Source: Adineta vaga (lineage: Eukaryota; Animalia; Rotifera). Taken from it: a DNA stretch of 64,000 bases. A model generated the notes under the pieces. The model searched no databases and was not told the DNA's origin. It was given only the letters and a program-made list of their open reading frames with translations. Of this stretch, positions 39,996 to 53,190 are shown in pieces. The DNA is taken from assembly GCA_021613535.1 (NCBI GenBank), contig CP075494.1:3286001-3350000 (forward strand). The letters are read 5' to 3'. Each line of letters begins with the position of its first letter. The first letter of the stretch is position 1. A program made the position numbers and the translations under genes.

Positions 39996-40064
39996 ATCAT
40001 AAGGGTGTGGGTGCGGGTGAGGGTCAAGATGTATTCTCTTTCATAACCAACACCCACACCCTAA
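39996..40064. repeat. Telomere-like palindrome copy between convergent genes
   Basis: AAGGG-TGTGGG-TGCGGG-TGAGGG...AACACCCACACCCTAAA. Confidence 0.9.
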
Positions 40065-40093
40065 ATTTCTTTAGATTAAAATGAAACAAACAG

Positions 40094-41264
40094 TTATAAT
40101 TCCGTTCGATCTTGATCGTTTTCAGTCTGTGAAATATACAATTCAGCACTACTTTCAAGTTCACTTCCATAACCACCGGCGACTAATATTTGACCATTGA
40201 TTAATACAGATATTGTATGTCCATCTCGTGCATGATTCAATTTGTTGGTCAGTGTCCAATTACCTGTTAATGGATCGTACAACTCGGCAGTATTCATCGG
40301 TACACTGTTATTCGTTTGTCCACCAATGACTAAAACTTGTCCGTCACTTAAAAGACATGCTCCTGGAAACATCCGTGCTTCATTGAGATTGCCAGTAGTA
40401 GTCCAATGATCTGTTGATGGATCATATAATTCAGTAGTATGTAAAAGTCCAAGATCATCATTAGATCCACCAATGATTAAAACTTTTCCATTATTTAATA
40501 CGACTGCTGTATGATACGTTCGTGGATAATTTAAACCGGCAGCAATACTCCAAGTATTCGTTAATGGATCATATAATTCAGAAATATTAACATATCCAAC
40601 AGCAGCATTAGCTCCACCGGCGATCAATACTTTTCCATTGCTTAATAAAGAAGCTGTATGCCAATTTCGTGCGTGATTCATTGAGCTAGTAAGAGTCCAA
40701 CTACCAGAAGACGGATTATATAATTCAGCAACATCTAGAAATGCACCTGCTCCTACTGTTCCACCGACCACTAAAACTCGATTATCGTTTAATACGATTG
40801 CTGTATGCATTCGTCGAGGATATTTCGCACTACTACCAGCAGCCCATTTACCCGTTGCTGGATTATATAATTCAGTACTATTCGAATCGCCACTACCACC
40901 AATAACTAGAACTTTTCCATTGATTAGTACGGATGCTGTGTGTGATTGTCGTCCATAAATCATATCACCAGTAGTAGACCATTTACCCGTTAATGGATCA
41001 TATAGTTCAGCAGTGGAAGCTCCAATACCTTCACCACCAATTACTAATATCTTTCCATTGGATAATTTGGATGCTGTATGAAATGCTCGTGCATATTTCA
41101 TACTATCCGTATTTACCCATTCTAAACAAAGCAATGCTTATTCAGAATAAGTTCCTTATTACTATCTAAATCTACTACTTACTATCCATAGATGTCTGTG
41201 AAGTATTACACAATATCTGTTCAATGGCAATATAAAAAATACCAATACAAATACTGATATGCAT
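40094..41264 (-). CDS. Secreted kelch-repeat protein (about 7 repeats)
   Basis: Short hydrophobic first exon MHISICIGIFYIAI, then HTAxxLxNGKVLxxGG...ELYDP repeats. Confidence 0.88.
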
Positions 41265-41397
41265 ATTGACGTTCTGCTGGGTGTATTCTCTAATACAATC
41301 TTCGATTTTAACTCTGTGAAGAAGAATCACGTTCGAAAGGCTTTACCAATAATTTTTCTCCTGTAAGATGAGAAGCATCTGTGATTGTTCTCATAAA

Positions 41398-41473
41398 TGG
41401 AGGAGTGGGTGAGAGTATGGATATGATTCTATATGAATAAGAGATACGCACGCACATCCACACTCTCGAGATG
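41398..41473. repeat. Telomere-like palindrome copy
   Basis: GGAGTGGGTGAGAGT...CACGCACATCCACACTCTCGAGATG. Confidence 0.7.
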
Positions 41474-41723
41474 GTTTTACAATAACATTATTGGTTTAAA
41501 GCACAAAAAAAACAACTAACGTTTTGATAGAAGTTGGAAATTTTTTATGATAAAAACAACAGAACGATCGATTTGTTTTTGGGAGAAAAGGCTAAACATA
41601 CATCCACGTGGTATTTTTCATCAAATAAATATATAAAAGACGAGTATAGTTTAAAGGTAGGTTTGTCTCGACAACAACATATTTTTGAGTAAAAAAGAAC
41701 TTCTGTGTAAATTACAATTTTCA

Positions 41724-42663
41724 ATGGATGCATCACATTGGAACACTGATCAAGTTGTAAATTGGTTAAATTAAAATGGATTGAGCATGTATTTCGATGA
41801 TTTTGAAAGTAAAACATTCTTCATTTATATTTTATCATACTAATTCTTCGTATTAGATAATAAAATCGATGGTGCAACATTGTTAAGTGAAGATTTTACT
41901 GAAATTGAACAAAAAGAACTTATTCCATGTATTCGCGATCGCGTTATTTTCAAAACAGCTTTAAGAGAACTTAGGTAAAAATTAATTCAGATTGTATTCG
42001 AATGATTTTAAAAATATTTTCTTGTAGAAATTCAGTCACTCACAATGAACCTTTGGTAAGATCTTATTTCTTAGCAAAAAAGAAAATTCTAATTGAAATC
42101 ATCGAAGATTCATGAAGATTTTATGTTGTTCGAGCCGTGTGACTCGTCAGAAGGTAAAAATAATCTTTTTACAGAATTATTTAACGAAACATTGCAAATG
42201 AAAATAATTGATGCATCATCACCGTTTGGCGGTGTTGTGGATCATCCAGAAAGAGAAATTTATCGTTGTTATGATGGAGATAAACTCGATGGATTTTGGA
42301 ATTCTATGGGTAAGAGACTTAGTTTATATGATTGAACATTTTTCTACTATTTCAGAAGCATCACCAAATTATCTTCATTTGAAATTTGATCAAATCTACG
42401 AAATATATGGATTTGAAATAACCATATTAGGAGATGATGCACATGATCCACGACGTATTGATGTTTATACAGATTCAAATGCAAGAAATTTATTTCAATC
42501 ATTTCATGTTGGACTTTATTCTGGACTAACAACGATTTCTCCACCATTTATATTTCACCAAAAGCATCGTCCAATAACTAATCAATTATTATTTAAATTT
42601 ACAACACCTTATTATCAAACGTGTCTTGTACAAATATGTTTATATGGAATTTCTCAAAAATGA
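41724..42663 (+). pseudogene. SAM domain + possible beta-sandwich domain protein with premature stop and frameshift
   Basis: WNTDQVVNWLN*NGLSMYFDDF..NKIDGATLL...RDRVIFKTALREL is SAM-like; frame switch near 42330. Confidence 0.65.
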
Positions 42664-43691
42664 CATAAACAACGAATTATATTTACTTTCATTTAAATAA
42701 AACTTTGTCTATCTAACAGAGAGTCTACCATGAGTCCATTGAAGAATCTTTCGCAGATATATTCACGTTTCTTCGTCATCTCTCATGCTAACGTTGTTTG
42801 TTTGGTAATTAAACCTTTTTATCTATATGATTAATCGAACTTGTTTACAAGAAATAGAGAAAACGATCGATAATTAGAGAAATCCTCTTCACAAACACAA
42901 TATTCTAAATTAGTCGTCATTCTTGGTTTTTAGTATTTCGTGCATTAATATGTATTTTTATCTTATATTTACACTAAACAACTAGGACATTCATATTGCG
43001 TATCATCGTTTATTGATCTTTTCTTACAAAAGTTGAAAGTAGTTGGAAAATTATCGATTGTCCAAAACATCCTGAATATCTTAACTATAAAATTGATAAC
43101 AAAGGTTATGGTCTAGATCCAAATGTCTTTGAACTTTTCGTTCCTATTGTTAATGATTTAAGTTACATTTTACAACATAATTTAAAAACACATTTCTGGA
43201 AATTTTTCAATTTTTTCTCAACAAAATTATCTGGTTCACAAGAACAAATGGATAATGAAAAAGAATTAATTATGAAAACAAATTCGGATGAACAAATACG
43301 ATCAGAGCGTTTATCATAGTTGTATAAAAATTTAAAGAACAAAACATTGTATCTATTTTTGTAATATCATACTATACTTTCACGTGGATTACTTAGAAGA
43401 AAATAATTTATGATGGCTCGATGAGTATGAACGATTTTTATTTTTATTTATTTTTGGTAGCGAAATAACCGTAAGGGTTTAGTATAGTTATTCTCAATGA
43501 TATTCAATTATAATGCAAATTTCAAAAACAAAAGTATTGACTATCATATCTCTTTGTTGTATTTTGGGGACAAATAAATATTGATAAAAAATATATCGAA
43601 ATAAGATAAATGCTGATGTACGATGATAGAATCAGAAAATAAAATATTATTTAAGTCGTTTTAATTTATCGTAAATATCAAAACTAAAACA

Positions 43692-44373
43692 ATGATTTGC
43701 TTTTGTTTATTCTTATTTCTTATTTTCAGGTTAGTTTCGTTTTATGAATTTTAATTTCTAAATAATTTATTTTTTTGCTTTTAGTCTATCAAGTAAATAG
43801 TTCGTTTATATTTATTAAAATATTTTAATTTTTTTACGTAAATAGTTGAAATTAAAGAATCACAGGGTGAAGTTCGTTCAACAGCAACATGGTCAAAACA
43901 AGGAATAACAGTTGCTGGGGAAATGGTTTTGGTAGAAGACTTGATCAATTAGCTCATCCATTTGGAATATTTCTTGATGATAATGACACAATTTATATTG
44001 CAGATCTTTTTAATCATCGTATAGTTATGTGGCCGCAAAATGCAACAATTGGTCAATGGGTTGCAGGTTTAACAGTAGATGGAGATGATACTCATGAACT
44101 TCAATTAAATATGCCACGAGATATTATTGTTGATAAAAATGGTACAGTTTATATTAGCGATAGAGGAAATTATCGTGTTGTCCGTTGTGGTATAAAGATG
44201 AACAAAAAGGTGAAGTTCTTGTTGATCCTATTCAAGTTGTTTGAATTGGACAAGATAATCAAGGATTTATTTATGTTTCGGAATATGCGAAAGGACATAT
44301 AACAAAATGGAATTTTAATGATGATCAATTCGTTGGAGAGATTGTTGCAAGAAATTTAGGTCAGACAGATTGA
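43692..44373 (+). pseudogene. Secreted NHL-repeat protein, frameshifted and truncated at a palindrome
   Basis: QLAHPFGIFLD...IYIADLFNHRI; LNMPRDIIVDKNGTVYISDRGNYRV; last frame ends VGEIVARNLGQTD* with the TGA supplied by the element. Confidence 0.8.
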
Positions 44374-44423
44374 GGGTGTGGGTGGGTGTGTTACTCTTCC
44401 ATCTATCTAACACCCACACCTTC
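44370..44423. repeat. Telomere-like palindrome copy
   Basis: TTGAGGGTGTGGGTGGGTGTG...CATCTATCTAACACCCACACCTTC. Confidence 0.9.
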
Positions 44424-44584
44424 TTTTTTGTTACGTTCCAAAAGAGAAACACTTTGCATCAATTTGATCAGTGCAGAATTGGATTATGAGGTTAGTTTTT
44501 TTGATAAAGTAAATATACAACCATGCGGACAAAATATTGATTGTTGACGAAACGACTAGTCGACTAAATATTTGTCGACAAAAA

Positions 44585-44641
44585 CTTAAGGGTGAGTGTG
44601 GGTAAATAGAGATACTGACTTACACCCACACCCGCAAGATG
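44585..44641. repeat. Telomere-like palindrome copy
   Basis: CTTAAGGGTGAGTGTGGGTAA...TTACACCCACACCCGCAAGATG. Confidence 0.9.
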
Positions 44642-44879
44642 CACACACTATTCCTTAGAACAATATTATTTTCACATTGAAAGTAAATGAAAAAGGACTA
44701 TGTTCTGCTTCTTCTTCTTCTTCATTTTCTAAGTCACATCTTGTGTCGTCAATATAACATGCGATTATTATTAAAGGAGAGCACTGTCTTCAATGCATTA
44801 TTTTTCATGAAAAGAATGACATTAATCTTCGATGGTAACATCTTATTAAGTTTTATTCTTTTCATTTACGTCATACCTA

Positions 44880-45024
44880 TCAGACACGGATAAGTCATCA
44901 GCTTTTTGATCCAGGTCAAGTCAAAGACATTTTTTGACTTTAATCAAATCGGGCCAAGTCAAGTTATTTTCTCTTCAGAAATATTCTAAGTCAAGTCAAG
45001 TCACTTGACTTGCCCCATGTCTGA
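44880..45024. mobile_element. 145-bp MITE with TIRs and TA flanks; internal AAGTC repeats
   Basis: ta|TCAGACACGGATAAGTCA ... TGACTTGCCCCATGTCTGA|ta. Confidence 0.7.
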
Positions 45025-45085
45025 TACTTATGCATGCATTTTCTTCTCATTCGTTTTGTTTCCATTTATTTTACTATTAGATAGA

Positions 45086-46208
45086 ATGTCATCATCAACA
45101 ATATCAGCACAAAATATTTCCTCAATTGCTCATTTATATGCTCAAAGTGCATTTATTATTATTTTCTTTATGGGATTGATCGGAAATATATGTAATATTC
45201 TGGTATTTATTATTCACAAGCAATTTCGACAATGTCCAGCAGCCATCTATATCATCGCTGAATCGATAGCTGATAGTGCTCTACTATTTGTTGGCTTAGC
45301 TCCACGAGTGATCGCGGAGATATTTAGTTCTGATCCAGCTCGTACATCTCTCATATGGTGTAAAATAAGAAATCCAGCAACTATTTACTGCACATTAACG
45401 GGATTATCTATGGTCTGTTCAGCGGCTTTCGATCAATATCTTTCCACTAATTGTGATGTTCGTCTACGGCAGATGAGTACGATCAAATTAGCTAAATATC
45501 TCATCAGTATCATATCAGTTGTCTGGCTTCTCTACTGTATTCCATTCGTTATATTTCACAATATACAATTACCTACTGGATGTTTGTTGACTGATGTTAC
45601 ATTCTCCCGTTACTATTCGTTTTTTCATCTATTGGCTCTTAATGGTATTCTACCTGTTTTCTTTACGACATTATGTAGTATCTTAGCTTATCGGAATGTT
45701 CGTCGAATTCATCGACTACACATGACCAATATACGTCGACGACTCGATCGTCAGATGACAGTCATGATTCTTGTTCGTGTTATATTTTTCGTCGTCTGTT
45801 TGATACCATTTATTATTCAACGATTTTATAGTGCGAATATACAACCAGATCCTAAAGATGTTTTTCGAACAGCAATTGAACAACTAGTTGGATCTGTCAA
45901 TATTTCCATAAGTTATTTCCATATTTCAGTATGTTGATTTCTTTGCTGAAATGTTACACTAATCAGAAATTTGCATTCTTTAGGGAACATTCTACGTCTA
46001 TCTCTTAGCATCGACACGATTTCGAAGACAAGTGAAGTATATTTGGGGAAAAGAGTTGTGGCTATATTTTCGAGAAGCAATTCATAGAAGTTGTTACCGA
46101 TCGCATTGGAATAATCGCATTGCATCGGTGTCGAATACTGATGATAATCTTTTCGATAATTCTACATCAAAACAGTTAACTTCAACTCGAACACACGAAC
46201 ATTTATAG
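45086..46208 (+). CDS. Rhodopsin-like 7TM GPCR, two exons
   Basis: GLIGNICNILVF, WCKIR, AAFDQYLST, GILP, LDRQMT, FYVYLLASTRFRRQV. Confidence 0.88.
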
Positions 46209-46293
46209 TTTTGTCTTTGTTTAATGATCGCTGTAGATATAGAAGAATAAAGACAATACAATACAAAACATTAGAAAGAAAAGTATTTTTTAA

Positions 46294-49200
46294 TTAACGT
46301 CCTTGTAAATGTAAACGTGCTGCTATTGTAGTTCGGAAATGTTTCACAGATTTATTCAATTCTTTTCTATAAACTCTTGATGGTAGAATAAAAGTAACGA
46401 AAGTAACCATTGATGGAATAAATGAAATAAAATAACCCATCAATGGTAACCATACATCACTTGTTGAATTCATACAATCGGATATAAATGATAAAATTAA
46501 ACGTGGAATAGCTAAAATAATTAGAAGAATTGGTGCAATAAGAATATGCTTATGTATCAAAATTTGTTGCCATAATAATTTTCGATAATTTGCATCATGT
46601 TTTATAGTTTGTCGTTGTCGTGTTGTATTTAGACCAATTCGAAGCGAAAAATCAATGGTATAACATTGAGTATTTAAAAAGATATAATTCGATATATAAA
46701 TCATTTGTGATATTAATAAAATCAAATACTTCAATATAAATATAATCATTACAAATAATGTTGTGATTGATGAACCTAATAGATATGGACCACATCCATT
46801 TTTTCTTGGTTCTTTATTTTTAAATGTAATTAATGAAAGAATACCATTCGTTATTCCAATTAAACTTATTTTTACAATAAATGATTGATTTATTAAATCA
46901 ACATGTGGTTGAATATGATAACCAATGTATAGCATCAAGTGATAAACCAAATAAATGTGAATTAAATTGACATCGAGTTCCATGATAACATTTTGGACAA
47001 ACACACATCGAAACTTTCGGACATTTGGATGTATCTTGAATACATTGTGCATCATTTTCACAAACACTTAATCCATAACAATTATGTTGAAGAGAACTAT
47101 TGAATTGAAAACAATTTGCTAAACGTCGTTGATAAGTAAAATTATAACATAGACAAAAATAATCTTGACATGGTTTTTGATAATATTTTATTCGACGAAG
47201 AAGATGTAAACTAACAATGTTCATATCCAATAATTCATTTAAATGTTTACAACGATCGGATGAATGAATTGTTGATCATTTGGTATACATTGACCTCCGT
47301 GTAAACATCTATTAGGTTGACATATATCATTTCGAAGTAAACATCGACTACCCCATCGATTTATTGGACAAATACATATAGATTGATTCGTTGCTGAAAT
47401 ACCCATACATATTGAATCAAATGAGCATTGACATTGATGAAAATATCTGCATGATTTTCCATACCAACCTGAATAACATTGACAAAATGTTCGACCGAAT
47501 GGATCATCAATATATTTCATACAAATCAATTTGTATTGAATAATTTTTTTCAGGATGTTTTGGTCGAGTGGGATAAAGCAAATTTATATTATATTTAATC
47601 GAACAATGATATAAATAAAGATATGTATGTTGTTGATATGAATAAACTATTCTTTGTTCATCATCAATATCAATTAGAGAAATTAAAATAGTAAATAATG
47701 TACGTCGAGAATTTGAATATGTTCGAAATTGTACAGTTAAACTGATACGTTGATTTTGATATTGACATTCATTACCATAATAACTTGGTGGACTAAGACA
47801 TGTTTCATTAAATACAGTCTTTTTATTATCTAACCAAACGCGTAATGGAAGTCCACGATGACAACGTTGTTGATCATATTCAATTTCATTATCAACCATT
47901 TTAGTTTCCTGTTTAATGATTCTATTATCATCCGGTAAATAAAAAAATTCACGTGTTCCACCAAAATAATGAAAACGTCCACAAAAAAACTCATCAATAC
48001 TCGAGCGTTTGTTATCATATTTTGGATAACAAATATTATCAGATTTGGTAATATTTCGAGTTTGATTACATAATGGTTCTTTATCTCGGTGTAAGCATTG
48101 ATAATCTTCTGAACATCATTCATATAATAAACAGTTTTGATTTGAATCATTCTTACAATAAAAATATTCTGTAGTCAATGGTTCATTATCTTGTTGACAA
48201 AGTTTTGGTTCATCTGTAGCACCAAGACAATCAATTTGACCATCATTTGCTTTTTCAAATGGTAAACACATAAATTTATATGTTACAGATGAAACACATA
48301 AATATTATCCCATTGCCAATGGTCACATTCAGTTTCATCTGTTTCATTTTGATTATCAATTAATATATTACTCATATCTATAATACCATTACAAATCTTT
48401 GGAAATTATATAATTCTTTTTGAAGTTTGTCCATATTCGTTTTCATCTTCACACGTCTCATCATCATACGTAGATATATACAATCACAAGCACCATTGAC
48501 AAGTAATTTTCTGGAAATACATTGATTTGTTGATTTACATTTAAACAATATATCCGAATCTAATATGGTACATGTTTCATTTATTAATGGACATTGTTCA
48601 TCATCTTTATAAACACAATCATTTGCACCATCACAAATTTGAATATTCAGAATACATGTTGATGAATTAAGACATTGATACATTATCGATTTATTACAAA
48701 TTGTTGACTCAGTAAAAGCAATCATCGGATTACAATGATATAACTGTTTGTATACATTTAAAACATAAGCATAATCGGAATTAAATTCATCAATAATTAT
48801 TGAAAAATCTTCTGGACGACGACATGTAGTATCATTAAATTTTAGTATGGTTTTATTCGAAGAAAATCAATTACAAAATCGATCATCGTAACATATATAA
48901 TGAGGTCTGGACATGTTTCATTAATGATTTGAAGTGATGAATCGTCAACATAAATGTCTCCACATAATAAATAAGAATTAGGAAATATATCAAAACTACA
49001 CCGAAATATTGACCAATAATCATCCGACATCAAACTTAGTGTTTCTAAAAATATGATTTTTTCTAATAATTTTTTACGTTCATCAAAACATGAACTAGTA
49101 AATTGTATTGTAGAGTGAGAAGATGATCTCAAACATTGTATATCTCCTTCATGAATTGATGGTTCTATAGTAGTCGTAGAAAAATAAAGATAATCACGAT

Positions 49201-49970
49201 ACGAAAATGGATCTGATCGATCAAGACAATCGAAAGTATAACTTTGATCACCATTAAATTCTTTAGAAATACATTGACCATTATCACATCGGTATTCATT
49301 CTCATTACATTCATTTATTTTAAGTCGCCAACAATATTCTTCATCAATTTGATTATTTAAACAATCGACATATCCATCACATACATCAGTCCGATCAAGA
49401 TATAGAGATGCAAAACTTTTATTACATTCTAAATGTACATAACATGTTCAACTTGTAGGTTTATAATATTGTTCATAAAACTGATGAACATTTTTAGTTA
49501 ATGATACACTTTGAGAATCGTAAAAATCTAATGAATATTGACATTGTGGACCAAATCTTGGTAATGTACAATTATAAAATAAATCCATATCATTTGATTG
49601 AAATTCATTTGAAATAGAACGTTGATCAACATAAAATTGATAACGTTCAATAAGATTGATTGATGCTGACCATTGATATAATTGTTCACTAGTAACATGT
49701 TGATTGTAAAGATCAGCAAAGATCAATTTTGGATCAAAGTTATTTTCTGTTACATTCCATTCCAATGACCATTCTGTTAAACAATAAGATATAATTTGAC
49801 GCAAATTCAATTCTTTTTCAGTTACAGATAAAACATGTAAACAAGTATGTTGAAGTTCAACATATGTTTCAGTTTTATTTATCCAATCGGTAAGATCAAG
49901 ATTAATATGAGGTGAGCCAAGAATTGAATGTAAGAAGATTAAACAGAATAGATTTTTGATTATGAATACT
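46294..49970 (-). pseudogene. LDLa/EGF-repeat 7TM receptor, heavily frameshifted
   Basis: FYNCTLPRFGPQCQY; ICDGANDC..KDDE; CHRGL; PPSYYGNECQYQNQRISLT; EGF repeats; 7TM tail FISFIPSMVTFVTFILPS; many frame breaks. Confidence 0.85.
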
Positions 49971-50005
49971 ATAATTTAAATGAATCAATATTTTTATATC
50001 CCTAC

Positions 50006-50067
50006 TCTTCGAGATGGTGTGTGTGTAAGCGTTAAGATAATGCCCAACCTCACCCACACTCTTTCAG
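50006..50067. repeat. Telomere-like palindrome copy
   Basis: GAGATGGTGTGTGTGT...ACCTCACCCACACTCTTTC. Confidence 0.6.
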
Positions 50068-50436
50068 TAGAGAAAACATGGAAATAATAAAATTTAGAAA
50101 AATGATTAAAGATTATTAGATATGCTGACGTATACAAGGCAATAAGTCACCAAGGATTTTCATTATATTAATCAAATATATCTGTGTCATATAATGCACG
50201 TGACAATACGTAAGATATTTTGTTTTATTAAAAAGAACTCATGCCGGATATACTGTTTTCTTTATTTTTAATTTATGGAGTAAAATGACGTACGACAGTT
50301 GTTAAACGTTTTTTCGTTTGATTGTTAGAGGAAATTTGACAATTGTGTGTATCACCATTAGTTTTATCAAAAATATGATTTCTCCAAACACTGCGATACT
50401 AATTTAAAGAATATTTGTTCTGAAGTTTTGTAATTA

Positions 50437-50561
50437 CCTAAGGAAAAAAGCGAGACTTCTGTACCAAGGGGAAAAGTGCTGGCACCTGTTTTGCATTTTT
50501 CCCCGTGTTCCGCACTTCCCGATACTTCGAAGTGCGGAAGTCTCGCTCCCCCTTGACTGTA
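50437..50561. mobile_element. GC-rich MITE-like element with nested inverted repeats
   Basis: AGCGAGACTTCTGTAC (50449) versus GTGCGGAAGTCTCGCT (50532); perfect inner hairpin TTCCGCACTTC/GAAGTGCGGAA; right end GACTG-TA. Confidence 0.5.
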
Positions 50562-50701
50562 CTCTAAATTGAAAAAGAAATTGATAAATACTTCGATTTC
50601 AATACGTTCTATCGTTTTATTCTTCAAAGCAAAAGAAAACCCAAATACACTCATTCAAATCGATGCGAGAATAACGAATGAAATAAATTTATATAAAAAT
50701 T

Positions 50702-51694
50702 TTATTTAATAAAAAATATTGTCGAGTTTTTATTTTGATCATAATATGTCATAACTTTTAATTTTCTTTGTAACCAAAAATCTGTTTGATATTGTGATAA
50801 ATCGATAAGTATTCGAGAATCTAATCCGTCTACATTAATTTGTATTTGTTTTAAAAATTTCATTGGTAATAATACATTTTCCCAATCTTTAGCATTGATC
50901 ATTGAATCATTATAATTATTTGAAATACAATTAACTCGAAATATTTTTATTTGTGGACATAATTGAAATATATCTTCAATACAATAATAATCACGAACAT
51001 TAGTCATTTGAAGTTTTTTTAATTTTGATAAACTATTTGGTTGAATATTTATATAATAAAATTCATTTTCATAATATACAAATGATAAATTTAAATTGAT
51101 TAAATTCGGTATAAATGGAACTAATTTTAAAAAATCATTTCCTAAATAACAATTCATAGATAAATATTCAAGTGATAATAATGGTTGATGAATTGTATCT
51201 AAATCGAATGTTTTAAAGTCTAAATATAATTTAAGACGATTTAAATGAAATAATTTTAAAATAGTTGATATCAAATCTTTGATATTAGCATGATACCAAT
51301 TAAAATTTAAAGATAAGTTATATAAATGATCAGGAAAAGGAATTTTTCCAATAAATCTTCTTATATTTTCAGAATTATCAATATTAAAACATGTCAATGA
51401 ATGTAAACAAATAAATGATTCGATTGGTATTCGTGATAATCCTTTTCGTGAGCAAAGTTTCAATGAAGAAATATGTTCCACTGGAATTGAATGGATAAGT
51501 TGTTGAAATATTTTATTACTTAATGATAAATCCTTTGTATCAATAGAATAATGTCGATAAGAAATACAAAGTAATTTAAAACGAGAATTTAAATTAAAAA
51601 ATGAAGAAAATAATTGTTGACCATTAAGATATTCAAATATATTTAGTAATACTTCATTTGGAAAATATTCAATAGTTGATTTCGATTGAGACAT
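50702..51694 (-). CDS. F-box/LRR protein, intronless
   Basis: IEYFPNEVLLNIFEYL...SFFNLNSRF F-box followed by LxxLxL repeats. Confidence 0.85.
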   Translation of the reverse strand: MSQSKSTIEYFPNEVLLNIFEYLNGQQLFSSFFNLNSRFKLLCISYRHYSIDTKDLSLSNKIFQQLIHSIPVEHISSLKLCSRKGLSRIPIESFICLHSLTCFNIDNSENIRRFIGKIPFPDHLYNLSLNFNWYHANIKDLISTILKLFHLNRLKLYLDFKTFDLDTIHQPLLSLEYLSMNCYLGNDFLKLVPFIPNLINLNLSFVYYENEFYYINIQPNSLSKLKKLQMTNVRDYYCIEDIFQLCPQIKIFRVNCISNNYNDSMINAKDWENVLLPMKFLKQIQINVDGLDSRILIDLSQYQTDFWLQRKLKVMTYYDQNKNSTIFFIK

Positions 51695-53127
51695 TTTAGA
51701 TTGTTGGGAAGCTTTTCTGTACTTATTAACACTATGGATGATTCATCTGATAAGTATTATTCGTCAATCAGAAAAGGAAAAGACTCCAATGCATTCAAGA
51801 ATATGTACATAATTAGAAATCAAGAGGGAGACACGATAAACAAAACAATATAAATTTAGACAGAGGAAGATGGCGTTGTGGTATAACAAAGACAAATCAT
51901 AATACTCTCATTATATTTACGAAGAAATTATGATAGTTTTATAAAACGTATTCGAATATGATATTATAGTCTCACTCACAGAATATTATAAAGTTGTTTT
52001 AAATTAAGCTCCTTTATTTAACAACTTGTGGCAATCAGAAAAACAAAAATCAGTTTTAAACAAATTTCACAAGTGATTATCATAAGGAGTCACTTCTTTT
52101 CATCAACTAAACAAAAAAAGATAAATAAATATGAAACTTCAGTCATTACGGTCTTTTTATATTAATCGAAAATAGAATTTTACAAGGATAATTCTTTCTA
52201 ACGAATAATATTCTAATTATCTGCATCATTTAGAATGTATTCAGATTCGACCGATGATGTATCTATGAGGAAGAAAAACAGTCAAATTAAGGTTTCATTA
52301 GATCTTTCAATGATATGAATGCAAATAAATATGAAGAAAATGACACTCGTAGTCACTCTCTAAGATTTGAATTGATTATTTTATTAATGATTTAAATTCA
52401 AGTAAACTTCAAAGATAATTATCTTTGTTCCCTTCACAAACAAGTTTATTCGACAATTAATTCATGAATGTTGAGTAATTCGTCCAAAAGTGTCAATTTA
52501 GAACTATGGTTAGATGATAGTATGAGTCTGTAATCGAGTACACGAAGAAAATAATATCAACAATCATAAAAAGATGACGACGAATAAAACGAAGTTCACA
52601 ATGTTATATCGTCATTGATCAGTATAGATGATGAAAACAAATGTTGTTTTGTAAAATGTAAAATTATTCGAATAATAAAATATATGTTCATAGAAAAACA
52701 ATCCTATTTGACAAATATGACTACCAGATTGATAAAATCTAGTCGGCCTATAAGATTAACACAGAAATTGTAAAAACAAATACAGATAATCGATGAATTG
52801 TTTGATGAGAAAAATCACTTTCAGCGTGAAGAGCAAATGTTAAATTGAATGCTAGTAAAATATAGATAGATATTCAAATTTGACGATACAATGCTACGAA
52901 AACGTTAGAAAATAATAGTGTATATCATATCAAAATTATTGCTTGAAGGCATAGGTTCAAATGAGAAGATTTCTAGACGATTCATACTAACAGAAAATGA
53001 AGAGTTTTTGAATTGTATTTCTTTTAGAATGATCTAAGAAACCAAAATGACAATATCTATTGGTCTTATAAAAATAAATTTTGCGAGAGTTGTTCATTTT
53101 AGATGATATTCGATTCCAAGATTGAAT

Positions 53128-53190
53128 TTTGAGGAGTGTGGGTGTAATGGGGAGATGTATACTTCTCTTCATTTCTACCAGGCACTCAAA
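53128..53190. repeat. Degenerate palindrome copy
   Basis: TTTGAGGAGTGTGGGTGT...GCACTCAAA. Confidence 0.55.

Noticed and set aside
43020-43319. Startless ~95-codon open frame (KVESSWKIIDCPKHPEY...)
   Set aside because: No recognisable domain or upstream exons.
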